In this document: positions 18,241-27,669 of the stretch, piece after piece
Position numbering within the stretch: the first letter of the stretch is position 1
How the letters are laid out: each line of letters begins with the position of its first letter
From: Chitinilyticum piscinae
GTDB lineage: Bacteria > Pseudomonadota > Gammaproteobacteria > Burkholderiales > Chitinibacteraceae
DNA: 64,000 nucleotides
Assembly: GCF_015223195.1 (NCBI RefSeq)
Contig: NZ_JADFUA010000001.1
Location: forward strand, 575,858 to 639,857
Direction: 5' to 3'
The notes under the pieces: generated by a model
Databases searched by the model: none
Told to the model about the DNA's origin: nothing
What the model saw: only the letters and a program-made list of their open reading frames with translations
Position numbers and translations under genes: made by a program

Positions 18241-19528
18241 TTTTCTGGGAGCCAGTGCGGGTGCGCTGGCCGGGCTGGGCTTGCTGGGTATTGGTCGTGA
18301 GGCCAGCGCTGCGGCTGCCAGTGTGGCAAACCCCCTTGGTGTATCTGGCGGTCGCACCCCGGTGACGACGCTGAACACCCGCACGCTGGGTTTTCGCATG
18401 AACAATGGCGTGAAGGAATACCACCTGATCGCCGAACCCGTCGAACAGGAAGTCGCCCCCGGCATGACGGCGCTGTTCTGGGGCTATAACGGCAGCAGCC
18501 CGGGCCCGACCATCGAGGCCGTCGAGGGCGACCGCGTGCGCATTTTCGTCACCAACAAGCTGCCCGAGCACACCACCATCCACTGGCACGGCATTCTGCT
18601 GCCGGCCGGTATGGATGGTGTGGGCGGGCTGACGCAGCCGCAGATCAAGCCGGGCGAAACCTATGTCTACGAGTTCACCCTCGGCAAATCCGGCACTTTC
18701 ATGTACCACCCGCATGCCGACGAAATGGTGCAGATGGCGCAGGGCATGATGGGCATGTTCATCGTGCATCCGAAAAACCCTGCCGAGCGCCGTGTCGACC
18801 GCGATTACGCCTTCATGCTGGCCAGCTACAAGATCGATCCCGGCACGCGCCGGCCCGATCCTTCGGAAATGCTCGATTTCAACCTGTGGACCTTCAACAG
18901 CCGTACCTTCCCGGCGATTGCCCCGCTGGTGGCGCGCACCGGTGAACGGGTGCGCATCCGCGTGGCCAACCTGACGATGACCAATCATCCGGTGCATGTG
19001 CATGGGGTGGATTTCCGCGTCACCGGCACCGACGGCGGCTGGGTTCCGGAGGCCGGGCAATGGCCGGAAGTGACGACCGACGTCGCCGTCGGGCAGATCC
19101 GCGTGATCGAGTTTGTCGCCAAGGCGCCGGGCGACTGGGCGCTGCACTGCCACAAATCGCACCACACCATGGGGCCGATGGGGCATGGCGTGCCGAATAT
19201 GCTGGGGGTCGACCAGGCCGCCGCCACCGCGAAAATCGAAGCATTGCTGCCCGGCCAGCACTATATGGAAATGGGCAGCAACGGCATGGCCGAAATGCAG
19301 GACATGGCGGCCATGGCGGCGATGATGCCGCTGCCGCCCAACACCCTGCCGATGATGACCGGTGAAGGGCCGTTCGGGCCGATTGAAATGGGCGGCATGT
19401 TCACGCTGCTGAAGGTGCGCGACGCGCAGAAGCCGGGTGATTACAGCGACCCGGGCTGGTACGAACACCCGCCGGGTACCGTCGCCAGGCCAGCAGACAG
19501 CAAGGCCTTCAGTGGCATACCCACCTGA
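18227..19528 (+). CDS. multicopper oxidase (CopA/PcoA/CueO type), Tat-exported
   Basis: 433 aa. Tat leader MQRRDFLGASAGALAGLGLLG. Type-1/2/3 copper-ligand motifs HWHG, HPHADE, HCHKSHH. Met-rich insert MEMGSNGMAEMQDMAAMAAMMPLPPNTLPMMTG typical of copper-resistance MCOs. Confidence 0.9.
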   Translation: MQRRDFLGASAGALAGLGLLGIGREASAAAASVANPLGVSGGRTPVTTLNTRTLGFRMNNGVKEYHLIAEPVEQEVAPGMTALFWGYNGSSPGPTIEAVEGDRVRIFVTNKLPEHTTIHWHGILLPAGMDGVGGLTQPQIKPGETYVYEFTLGKSGTFMYHPHADEMVQMAQGMMGMFIVHPKNPAERRVDRDYAFMLASYKIDPGTRRPDPSEMLDFNLWTFNSRTFPAIAPLVARTGERVRIRVANLTMTNHPVHVHGVDFRVTGTDGGWVPEAGQWPEVTTDVAVGQIRVIEFVAKAPGDWALHCHKSHHTMGPMGHGVPNMLGVDQAAATAKIEALLPGQHYMEMGSNGMAEMQDMAAMAAMMPLPPNTLPMMTGEGPFGPIEMGGMFTLLKVRDAQKPGDYSDPGWYEHPPGTVARPADSKAFSGIPT

Positions 19529-19575
19529 TACGCCAGCAGTTCCACAAGTTCACAACGCATTGAAAGGATTCACCC

Positions 19576-20070
19576 ATGAAAACCACCCTGATCATCACCT
19601 CCTTCCTGCTGGCACTGGCTGCGCCCGCGAGCTTTGCCGCCGGTAGCGGCGAGCACGACCACGGCAGCATGCACGGCGAGGGCTACAGCTTTGGCGAACC
19701 GGGCAAGGCTACTGAAGTGACCCGCACCATCAAGGTCAGCGCCGGCGATGACATGAAATTCGTCTTCGACCCGCCGATCGGCAGCATCAAGCGCGGCGAA
19801 ACCATCCGCTTCGACATCACCAATACCGGCAAAACCGTGCACGAATTCTCGGTGGGCGATGCCGCCAGCCAGCGCGCGCATGCCCTGATGATGAAAAAGA
19901 TGCCCGACATGAAGCACGATGCCGATCCGAGTGCGGTGACGCTGGAGCCGGGCCAGAGTGGCAGCGTGATCTGGAAATTCAACAAGACCCCGCAGGGCGA
20001 CATCGTGTTTGCCTGCCAGAAGCCCGGCCACTACGACGCCGGCATGCAATTCAAGACCAGACTGAAATAA
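19576..20070 (+). CDS. copI: periplasmic cupredoxin-like copper-binding protein (CopI-like)
   Basis: 164 aa. Signal peptide followed by a His-rich N-terminus GEHDHGSMHGEG. Cupredoxin fold with type-1 Cu ligands (H..C..H..M: VHEF...FACQKPGHYDAGM). Confidence 0.75.
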   Translation: MKTTLIITSFLLALAAPASFAAGSGEHDHGSMHGEGYSFGEPGKATEVTRTIKVSAGDDMKFVFDPPIGSIKRGETIRFDITNTGKTVHEFSVGDAASQRAHALMMKKMPDMKHDADPSAVTLEPGQSGSVIWKFNKTPQGDIVFACQKPGHYDAGMQFKTRLK

Positions 20071-20078
20071 GCGCCAGG

Positions 20079-20097
20079 CCGGAGCATCATGCTCCGG
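20079..20097 (+). terminator. hairpin between the copI-like and copG-like genes (possible attenuator or weak terminator)
   Basis: Perfect inverted repeat CCGGAGCA-TCA-TGCTCCGG located 9 nt after the copI stop. No strong U-tract. Confidence 0.4.
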
Positions 20098-20174
20098 TCT
20101 GCCATACCTGCCAATCCATAGCGATGCAGGCCAAGCTTGCCAAAGCCCACAATCACATACCCATAGGAATTCTC

Positions 20175-20597
20175 ATGAAAACCCGCTTATTGGCCGTACT
20201 GACGGCCCTGGTTTCCGCCTCAGCACTCGCCGCCCCGGCCGGCACGCTCTACAAGGACCCGCACTGCGGCTGCTGTGGCGCGCATGCCAGCTACCTGCGC
20301 AGCGCCGGCTACAGCATCAAGGAAGAGCCACGCAGCGACATGCCGGCGATCAAGCAGCAATACGGCACCGACAAGGCGCCAAGCTGCCACACGCTGGTGA
20401 TCGGCGGCTACGCCGTCGAAGGCCATGTGCCGGCCGCCGCCATCGCCAAACTGCTGAAGGAGAAGCCCGCCGCCAAAGGCATCGCCGTACCCGGCATGCC
20501 GGCCAATTCGCCGGGCATGGGCGAGTACAAGCCCGGCACCATCGAGGTGGTCCTGCTGACTAAAGACGGCAGCGTGAAGCCCTATGGCAAGTTCTAG
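20175..20597 (+). CDS. copG: DUF411 copper-resistance protein (CopG-like), CxCC motif
   Basis: Start at MKTRLLAVLTALVSASALA (signal peptide) within ORF 20124..20597. Conserved CGCC motif (DPHCGCCGAHASY) and a Met-rich C-terminus (PGMPANSPGMGEY) characteristic of CopG/DUF411. Confidence 0.8.
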   Translation: MKTRLLAVLTALVSASALAAPAGTLYKDPHCGCCGAHASYLRSAGYSIKEEPRSDMPAIKQQYGTDKAPSCHTLVIGGYAVEGHVPAAAIAKLLKEKPAAKGIAVPGMPANSPGMGEYKPGTIEVVLLTKDGSVKPYGKF

Positions 20598-20603
20598 TGG
20601 CCC

Positions 20604-21569
20604 TTAAGCGTCGATCTGCCGGTCAAACAGCCAGTTACCGGCCAGATCGATGTAGCCATTGCGCCCGTCACGGCTGGCTTCCAGCACGTCCGGATAGAGG
20701 TCTAACTCGATGTTATCAAAGGTGCAGGGGATGACCAGTTCGCCGCTGCGGTCGATGCAGCCTTGCCTGCCTGTGGCATCGTAGACCACCGCCAGCCCGC
20801 AGGGCATGAAGCTGCTGGCGTCCGCAAAGCGGGCGGCAATCACCAGTTCGCCCGTGCGGTTGATGAAGCCGTAGCGGCCGTCGATCTCGACGCGTGCCAG
20901 CCCCTGCCGCAGGTCGGCCAGATCATCGTATTGCGGAGTAACAACCTCCGCGCCCTGGCTGTCGATCAGCCCGTAGCGCCCGTCCTGCACCACCAGCGCC
21001 AGCCCTTCCGGACCAAAGTGGAAAACGCTGTCGAAGTCCGGCGTCAGCACGGTGTCGCCATTGCGGTTGATGAACAGTACCCGTTCATCCTCGTCGCGCG
21101 CGCGCGCCAGCCCGTTGGCCGCGAAATCACTCAGCTTCTCGTAGCGCGGCGGAATCCGCCAGGCGCCGCTGGTGTCGATATAGCCCAGCTGACCTTTATC
21201 CACCCTGGCCATGCCGTGCTCGTCAAAATCGTAGGCATTGTCGAACTGTGCGGGGATGACCAGCTCGCCGCTGCGGTCGCAGTAGCCGCTGAGGTAACTG
21301 CCATCCGTGACCGCTGCCAGCCCGCAGGCGGCAAAGTCGCGGGCACTATAGAAGCGCGGCGAGATCTGCCACTGGCCGTCCATTCCCAGATACCCCAGCG
21401 AGTCGTCGCGGTGGGGAACGATGATGGCGGCTGCCAGCCCGAAGCAGAACCGGCCGATGTCGTAATAGCGCGGCGCAATCAGGATGCTGCCGTCACGGTC
21501 GGCATAGCCCTGCTGGCCGCCGGCGTTTTCGATGGGCAGCCAGTGATAAGGATCGGTGATGATGGGCAT
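20604..21569 (-). CDS. WG-repeat (KWG) containing protein
   Basis: 321 aa of repeated ~35-aa units with an aromatic-G-(Y/F)I(D/N) pattern (GYADRDGSILIAPRY, GYLGMDGQWQISPRF, GYCDRSGELVIPAQF, GYIDTSGAWRIPPRY, and so on). Confidence 0.7.
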   Translation of the reverse strand: MPIITDPYHWLPIENAGGQQGYADRDGSILIAPRYYDIGRFCFGLAAAIIVPHRDDSLGYLGMDGQWQISPRFYSARDFAACGLAAVTDGSYLSGYCDRSGELVIPAQFDNAYDFDEHGMARVDKGQLGYIDTSGAWRIPPRYEKLSDFAANGLARARDEDERVLFINRNGDTVLTPDFDSVFHFGPEGLALVVQDGRYGLIDSQGAEVVTPQYDDLADLRQGLARVEIDGRYGFINRTGELVIAARFADASSFMPCGLAVVYDATGRQGCIDRSGELVIPCTFDNIELDLYPDVLEASRDGRNGYIDLAGNWLFDRQIDA

Positions 21570-21832
21570 GGGTGATTTTCCGGTTAATTGAACGGGGTGT
21601 TGCTTATACCTGACAGCCTATGGCTATTAGATCATTTGTTGCTGGGAAGTTCAGGGTCATACCCTGCCTGGCAGATGGTTGAAAAAGCCGGTTTTTCCAA
21701 CCACAGCAAGCACCGGGCCAGGCCCGGCGCAAATCGGCTTCTGAAAAAATCAACGACGTATATTTTGCTTTTCATCCGTTTTTCCCGGCTTTGCCGGAAA
21801 AAACGGATCGCAGGCCGTTTTTCAACAACCTG

Positions 21833-24049
21833 CTAGGCGAAGGGTAATTCCTCCGGGGAAATCTCCGCGCGGGTGCTGGCAAGCCGCGCGCGCGCATCCG
21901 CATCACATTCGAAGACGGCAGCGAGTACGGTGGCATATTCCGGCGTGTTGCACAGTTCTTCATCGCAGGCTTCCGCCGCCAGTAGCCAACGTACGCCAGC
22001 ACGGTAGTCATGCAGACTGCCAGAGCGGGCATTCCCTCGAATAGTGGCTATCGCCAGCATAGCGGGCGCGCAGTCCTCGCTTTCTGCCTCCAGTTCGCCC
22101 AGCATCTCCTCTAGCAGTGTTTCATCGTCCAGCCAGGGCAGTAGCGGCAGAAGGTGGCGCAGAGTTTTGCCGCGGCGGTCGACCAGATCGGCATTTTCGA
22201 TCAGCACGCGCACGAGTTCAGCCACGCTGGCCAGCAGGGTGGCGCGTTGCGATGCATCGTCCGTGCTGGCAAAGGCTTCGCTATAACACGGCAGCAGCTC
22301 GCGAGCATTGCCCGCCCGATCACATTCCAGCCAGCGGATTACCTGTTCGCGGCTGCCGCTGCTGCGCCCTTCCAGCACGCTGCGAGCTAAAAAACTGGCG
22401 CAGTGCGGGTTGCCCAAACCCGCACCGATGCGGCAAAAGGTGTCGGCATCTTCATCTGCAAGGCAATTCGCGATCCCGACCCAGTCGTTCGTGTGCGGCG
22501 CAAGCCGGGCGACTTCGGCGTACCAGTGCTCGGCAACCACGGCATCGGCGCAAAAGCCGCCGCGACCGGTTTGCGCCAGCCATGCATACAGCAGCATGGC
22601 GGTGGTATTGGCGCGTTCACGCACGGCCAGCTCCAGCGAGGCCGGTAGCCAGTCGCACTCGTGCGCCAGCGCGAACTGGTACAGCCACCGTTGTGCCCCC
22701 GCGATCCAGCTATCGCTCAGGCCATGGCGGATCGGGCCTGTGCTAAGGAGTTCTTCGGCAAAGGGGCTGTCCGCGTCATTCGGGCACATCTCATCAATCA
22801 CCTGCAGCAGCAAAAATTGCCGCTGCCCCGAGCGCAGGGGCTTGCCCAGCTCGTGATTCAGCCGCTCGAACAACGTCTCTGCGTCGACTTGGGATTCTGG
22901 ATCGTAGCTGATGCCGGTGTTGTCATATATAAAGCGGCAACCGAGCGGGTAGGCGACGACATTGCGCCGTTCCGGAGTGAGCCACGCGAGTTCCCGGCTA
23001 TCCAGCCAGGACTGCAGAGCCGCGTCGTTCAGATGCCAGGCGCGAACAGGCAACACGCAGAAAATTCGCGGATGCATGGACTGTGCGACGCGCAGCCAGT
23101 AATCCAGCAGCCATTGATTGCTGCCATCAAGATGCACTTGCAACACGCTCGGGCTTTTAGCGCCCAGGCTTTGCCGCAGTTTCTGCCACAGACCTTGTGG
23201 CTCAGGCGCCGTGACTGGCGCAGCGCGCTGCTGATGAGCATCGTCAGCAACGTCGTCGTAGACACTGCTGGCAATTTCAACCGCAGGTAGCGCAGCTGGC
23301 CGCAGACGTGGGAAAGCGAGTTCCGCATCAGCGGGCAGGCCGATCTGTGCCAGCAAGCGTGCAACCCCGGCACGCTCGGCTTCATCTTCGTCGACGCGAT
23401 AGTTATATGGGCTACTATTTTGTTGTTCTGCTGCGCGTCCAGCCAGCAGCTCGGCCAGCCACAGGTCGAAATACGGCTCGGCGTGGTGGTATTCGCCGAT
23501 GTGAAAGAGCGCCAGCGCCGGTGCGGTCCACAATCGTTCATCGCGCTCCAGCGCAGCAAGGACGGCTACCAGCAGCAGATCGCTGCAAAAATTGGCAACA
23601 CTCGCCGCTGCCTGGCGCGATGCCAGTTGTGCCTGGGGTGAGCCTTGGTCGGGTGTGACAGTGAGGCGGTGGTAGCAGAACTGCCAGTAGGCCGCTTCCA
23701 GCAGGCAGGCCTGCGCAGATTGGGGAAAGGCGTCGCGCCAGGCACGCAAGCGCTGGTAACTGGCCGCGCCATCGGCAAACAGCGTGTCCCCATCGCGCAC
23801 CAGCAGATGAAAGAACGCCTCTTCATCCTGCGCATGCCTGCGGCCCGCGCTCGTTGCCGCGGCGAGCAGCTTTTCGATTTGAGGGTATTGCCCTGCATGC
23901 AGCAGTTCATGAATGCTGCTGGCTAATGCGGGGGCGGGGTATGGCAGTGCCGCGGGCAGTTTGGGCGTGTACGGCAGGCACACTTTTGGCAGCTCGGTTG
24001 CGGCTGGTGCGTAGAGTTTCCAGTTGCGTTGCTGTTTGTCGATCCACAT
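21833..24049 (-). CDS. large hypothetical protein (738 aa), no recognisable catalytic motif
   Basis: Long uninterrupted ORF with codon usage consistent with neighbouring genes. Cys/Trp-rich helical composition. I recognise no domain. Confidence 0.55.
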   Translation of the reverse strand: MWIDKQQRNWKLYAPAATELPKVCLPYTPKLPAALPYPAPALASSIHELLHAGQYPQIEKLLAAATSAGRRHAQDEEAFFHLLVRDGDTLFADGAASYQRLRAWRDAFPQSAQACLLEAAYWQFCYHRLTVTPDQGSPQAQLASRQAAASVANFCSDLLLVAVLAALERDERLWTAPALALFHIGEYHHAEPYFDLWLAELLAGRAAEQQNSSPYNYRVDEDEAERAGVARLLAQIGLPADAELAFPRLRPAALPAVEIASSVYDDVADDAHQQRAAPVTAPEPQGLWQKLRQSLGAKSPSVLQVHLDGSNQWLLDYWLRVAQSMHPRIFCVLPVRAWHLNDAALQSWLDSRELAWLTPERRNVVAYPLGCRFIYDNTGISYDPESQVDAETLFERLNHELGKPLRSGQRQFLLLQVIDEMCPNDADSPFAEELLSTGPIRHGLSDSWIAGAQRWLYQFALAHECDWLPASLELAVRERANTTAMLLYAWLAQTGRGGFCADAVVAEHWYAEVARLAPHTNDWVGIANCLADEDADTFCRIGAGLGNPHCASFLARSVLEGRSSGSREQVIRWLECDRAGNARELLPCYSEAFASTDDASQRATLLASVAELVRVLIENADLVDRRGKTLRHLLPLLPWLDDETLLEEMLGELEAESEDCAPAMLAIATIRGNARSGSLHDYRAGVRWLLAAEACDEELCNTPEYATVLAAVFECDADARARLASTRAEISPEELPFA

Positions 24050-24151
24050 GGGCTTGCTCGTTCAAATCAGATATTGGGGGAAACGTTGGGCACGCCATTT
24101 GCCGCTTGCATGGGCAGATGTTCCAGCGCCAGTGCGCCGCCTGTGCTGGAG

Positions 24152-25207
24152 CTAGTTGTCGTTACCGAAATGGCAGTTGGCGGCGCTGATGCGATAACGC
24201 CGCACCGTATTGTGCTCGCCGTCGACGATCTGGATGTCGTTGATCATGCCCTGGCGCAGCAGCTTCTGCATTTTCGGGTCCTGGCAGATCTGGTTGTGGT
24301 TTGCATCCAGAAAGCCGTTGATGGCCTCGTCAGCCAGTGCTTCGTCCTGCATTTCGATGGTATCGGTCAGCACATTGCCGCTGGCGCTGACGGCAATCAG
24401 ACGGGTGTTCGCATCGATGCGGTAGGGCAGACCGTTTTTCGCATCCTCGTGCGCAATGTCTGCCACCAGCTGGCTAACTGTGACGGTGCTATCGAACAGT
24501 GGACCCAGCGCAAAGCCATAAGCCAGCGTGGCGAGTGTTCCGAGCAGCATGGCCAGCCCCATCGGGCGGCGCGGATAGTGCCACGGCAGCATCGTTTGTG
24601 CCTGCCTGCGTCCTGCGCAGAAATACCAGAGCACCAGCACCGGAAAGGACAGCAGCATGAAGATGCCCATGCCACCGTGCAGATCGCGGGCAATCCACAG
24701 CAGATAGGCGCTGATGCCCAGTACGCCGCTCAGCGTTGCCAGCAGCCAGATCAGGCTGCGGCGGCGGGCAGCATGGTCGCCGATGCGGCACCAGTTCTGG
24801 TAATGCAGCAGCATCGGAAACAGCGGCCCGAGAATCATGCCGATCGCGGCGGCCCAGTCCGGGTGCCACAGCGCGGGCATCGGGTCGGGTGCGGCCGGGC
24901 TGGCGGCAGGTGCCGCTTCGTCCTCATCGTCCAGTGCCAGCGTGCCGGCGCGGTATTCGGCCAGCAGTGCGTTGGCTTCCGGCAAATCGCGCTCCTGCAC
25001 CAGCAGGCGGATTCCGCCCAGCGCATTGCCCAGCACGCCATAGGCATTGACCGTATTCAGATCGGCCAGCTGCGCCGGTATGCCGGCGCTGGCGAGCAGG
25101 CTTCTGACCATTTCGGCATCGATGGCTTGCTCGAAACGCGTGAGGGTAACCAGCTCGGCCGGATCGGCCGGCGGCAAGGCGGATGGCGCAGATGGAGTGT
25201 CGCTCAT
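24152..25207 (-). CDS. DUF2007-domain membrane protein
   Basis: N-terminal cytoplasmic DUF2007-like segment (LVTLTRFEQAIDAEMVRSLLASAGIPAQLADLN). Four to five TM helices. C-terminal ~110-aa extracytoplasmic domain. Start chosen at MSDTPSAP (~25207) within ORF 24152..25258. Confidence 0.55.
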   Translation of the reverse strand: MSDTPSAPSALPPADPAELVTLTRFEQAIDAEMVRSLLASAGIPAQLADLNTVNAYGVLGNALGGIRLLVQERDLPEANALLAEYRAGTLALDDEDEAAPAASPAAPDPMPALWHPDWAAAIGMILGPLFPMLLHYQNWCRIGDHAARRRSLIWLLATLSGVLGISAYLLWIARDLHGGMGIFMLLSFPVLVLWYFCAGRRQAQTMLPWHYPRRPMGLAMLLGTLATLAYGFALGPLFDSTVTVSQLVADIAHEDAKNGLPYRIDANTRLIAVSASGNVLTDTIEMQDEALADEAINGFLDANHNQICQDPKMQKLLRQGMINDIQIVDGEHNTVRRYRISAANCHFGNDN

Positions 25208-25413
25208 TACGGGATCTTGGCTACAAAGTTCGGAATGATACGCGGGAGCGCAAAACAATGACTGCTTCTGTCAGAAACAGGGTTTCATCGTCTGATTTCA
25301 GCCGGGCCGGACTGGCGACCCTGCCTCAGCGTATCGTGCCATTCATTGTTAATTTGGTGGGTATATTGATGTAGCCATTCATAATAAATGGTTTCGTCGA
25401 TATACCCTTGTAT

Positions 25414-26823
25414 TTACCAGCGCAGCGGTGTGGCTTCCTGCTGCCAGAACAGCCAGCGTTCACGCTCGCGATGTGGGCCGGTGCCGATCTGCCAGGCATC
25501 GCGTTCACCGCTGTTCAGCGCGATCAGGCTGATTGCGCCGCCATAGCTGCCGACTGCCAGCGTTTTGCCGTCGCCGGACAGTGCCATGCTGCTGATGGTT
25601 GAGCCGACGAAGTGCGTCCAGTGCGGCGTGCCATCATGGCCGAAGGCGCGCAGATAACCGTGGGCATCGCCGACGATGTATTCGCCGGCGCGGCTGATGG
25701 CGGCATAGACGCGTGCGCCCTCCTGCAGCGTGGTGATGGCCGGATGGGCGTCGTCGTAGTAATCGGTATCCAGTCCGATCCAGTGTTCGCGATTCACGCC
25801 GATGCTGCAGCCGCTGTAGAAATGGCAGGCATTCAGCAGAACCTGGCGGCTGTCAGCCGCAAACAGGGCGTAGTCCGGATATTCGCTGTGCGGGCCGATG
25901 TGGCCAACGGGCTTGAGTGCGGCATCAAACAGGACGTGCACGCTGCACTGGTCGCCGGCGGCAATCCATTGTCCGTCCGGTGACAGTGCGGCATGCACCA
26001 TGTCGAGGTCGATTTCCAGTGGCATGCCACTGCGCTTGCTGCCACTGCGCTTGCTGCCACTGTCGCGCGCCAGCTCGTGCAAGCGTCCGGCATCGGGATG
26101 CAGCCGGGTCGCTCCGCCTGCAGCCAGTACATACACGCCGCTGCGGCAGGCCAGCAGCACGCGCTGGCCGTCGGGGAAGGGCTGCAGCGCCTCGATTTCA
26201 AAATTGCGCGGGTTCTCTGCCAGCGCCAGCCCGTAGGGCAGGCCCTCGGCGCCAGTGGGCCACGCCAGCATGGCTAGCCGTTCACCCTGCCAGCCGGCGT
26301 GAATGGCAATGCCCTCGACGCTTGCCAGGGCCAGCAGCCGGCCGTCGCCGGATAGGCCGAAGCCGAGCAGGGCGGAATCCAGCTGCTCGCACTGGCCTTG
26401 CCGGAGTCGCACGCAGCGGGGTGTTTCATAGCTGGCACCGATGCGTGCCAGTACGCTGCCATCGGCCAGTACGGCCAGTTGGGAAATGGCCTGGGCATTG
26501 CCCTCAAGCAGGCCGGCATACAGATCGGGACTGGGTGGCCAGTCCTCGCGCAACTGGCGGATCGCCGCGTCACCGGCGGCATTGGCGGCACGCAGTGCTT
26601 CCAGCAGCGCAGGGTAGAGGGGCTGCATCCCGGGCAACTCCGGCTGCTCACCGGCCACATCCCAGCCGTAGTCGTTGCCGATGCGGACATAGTCATTGAT
26701 GGCGGCGCCCCAGGCTTGCGCGAGGCGTTGCCAGTTTTGCCGGGCGCTGTCGTTCAATTGCAGGGTCATCGCCTGGCGGTGGCGGGCCATGGCAAGTTTC
26801 TGTTCGGGATGGGCGATGGGCAT
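25414..26823 (-). CDS. WD40/YVTN-like beta-propeller repeat protein (hypothetical)
   Basis: Start estimated at MPIAHPEQKLAMARHRQ (~26823) within ORF 25414..27108. Repeated LSPDGQWIAAGDQ and LSGDGKTLAVGSYGG type blades. Contains a 15-bp coding tandem repeat (SGSKRSGSKRSG). Confidence 0.55.
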   Translation of the reverse strand: MPIAHPEQKLAMARHRQAMTLQLNDSARQNWQRLAQAWGAAINDYVRIGNDYGWDVAGEQPELPGMQPLYPALLEALRAANAAGDAAIRQLREDWPPSPDLYAGLLEGNAQAISQLAVLADGSVLARIGASYETPRCVRLRQGQCEQLDSALLGFGLSGDGRLLALASVEGIAIHAGWQGERLAMLAWPTGAEGLPYGLALAENPRNFEIEALQPFPDGQRVLLACRSGVYVLAAGGATRLHPDAGRLHELARDSGSKRSGSKRSGMPLEIDLDMVHAALSPDGQWIAAGDQCSVHVLFDAALKPVGHIGPHSEYPDYALFAADSRQVLLNACHFYSGCSIGVNREHWIGLDTDYYDDAHPAITTLQEGARVYAAISRAGEYIVGDAHGYLRAFGHDGTPHWTHFVGSTISSMALSGDGKTLAVGSYGGAISLIALNSGERDAWQIGTGPHRERERWLFWQQEATPLRW

Positions 26824-27015
26824 GGCAAGGGTGTCCGGGTGATGAAGATGCAAAGCCGAGGGGATTTTGTCAGATTGATGAAATGAATGGCGGAAATTGT
26901 GTGTGACGGTGGTGACAGCACTGCTGTTCGCACATCCCGTTGCACTCACGCGCTTGCCGCATTCGCTCCGCTCCGGTTTAATAACTGACCAGTCAGTCAT
27001 TAAGTGTGTGTCATC

Positions 27016-27669
27016 ATGGACGAACACCGCGATCAGCCTTCCCGCCGGCAACGGCGCAAGGACGCCAGACCCTCGGAAATCACCGCCGCCGCCTTGCGTT
27101 TGTTTCACGAACGCGGCTTTGCCGCAACCAAGCTGGACGATGTCGCCGCGGCGGCCGGCGTGACCAAGGGCACGCTCTACCTCTATTTCCCGAGCAAGGA
27201 AGCCTTGTTCAAGGCCGTGGTGCAGGAAAGCGTCATTCCGAACATCGACCGGCTGGCGCAGGCTGCGGCCTCATCCACCGAGCCGCCGCTGGGCAAGCTG
27301 GCGCTTGTGCTGCGCCTGCTGGCGCAGGGGCTGAACGAGAGCGACGGCTGCATTTCCAAACTGATGCTGGCCGAGGCCGGCAATTTCCCCGAGCTGGCGC
27401 AGTTCTATGTCGACGAGGTGGTGCACCGGCTGCACGACGTGGTGCGCGGAATACTCTCCGAGGGTATTGCCACGCAGAGCTTCAGAAATATCGATCTTGT
27501 GCATACACCCCGCCTGATCATGGCCCCGTTGCTGCTGGCCAATATGTGGCGCAATACCTATGGCAGCTTCGACCGCTATCCGGTCGACCCCGCCCATTAC
27601 GCCGAACTCCAGATTGCCATGCTGCAGCACGGCTTGCTGCCATCACCCCAGGAACCCCGTCATGACTGA
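27016..27669 (+). CDS. TetR/AcrR-family transcriptional repressor
   Basis: HTH signature ITAAALRLFHERGFAATKLDDVAAAAGVTKGTLYLYFPSKEALF. Start at MDEHRDQ. Its stop overlaps the start of the downstream HlyD gene. Confidence 0.85.
   Translation: MDEHRDQPSRRQRRKDARPSEITAAALRLFHERGFAATKLDDVAAAAGVTKGTLYLYFPSKEALFKAVVQESVIPNIDRLAQAAASSTEPPLGKLALVLRLLAQGLNESDGCISKLMLAEAGNFPELAQFYVDEVVHRLHDVVRGILSEGIATQSFRNIDLVHTPRLIMAPLLLANMWRNTYGSFDRYPVDPAHYAELQIAMLQHGLLPSPQEPRHD

Noticed and set aside
16311-18465. Several 150-270-aa ORFs overlapping the copper-cluster genes on the opposite strand (16311..16994, 17076..17897, 18022..18465, 18209..19468)
   Set aside because: All are Ala/Arg/Gly-rich antisense translations of genes with strong functional motifs (TolC-like protein, MCO). 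High-GC artifacts.
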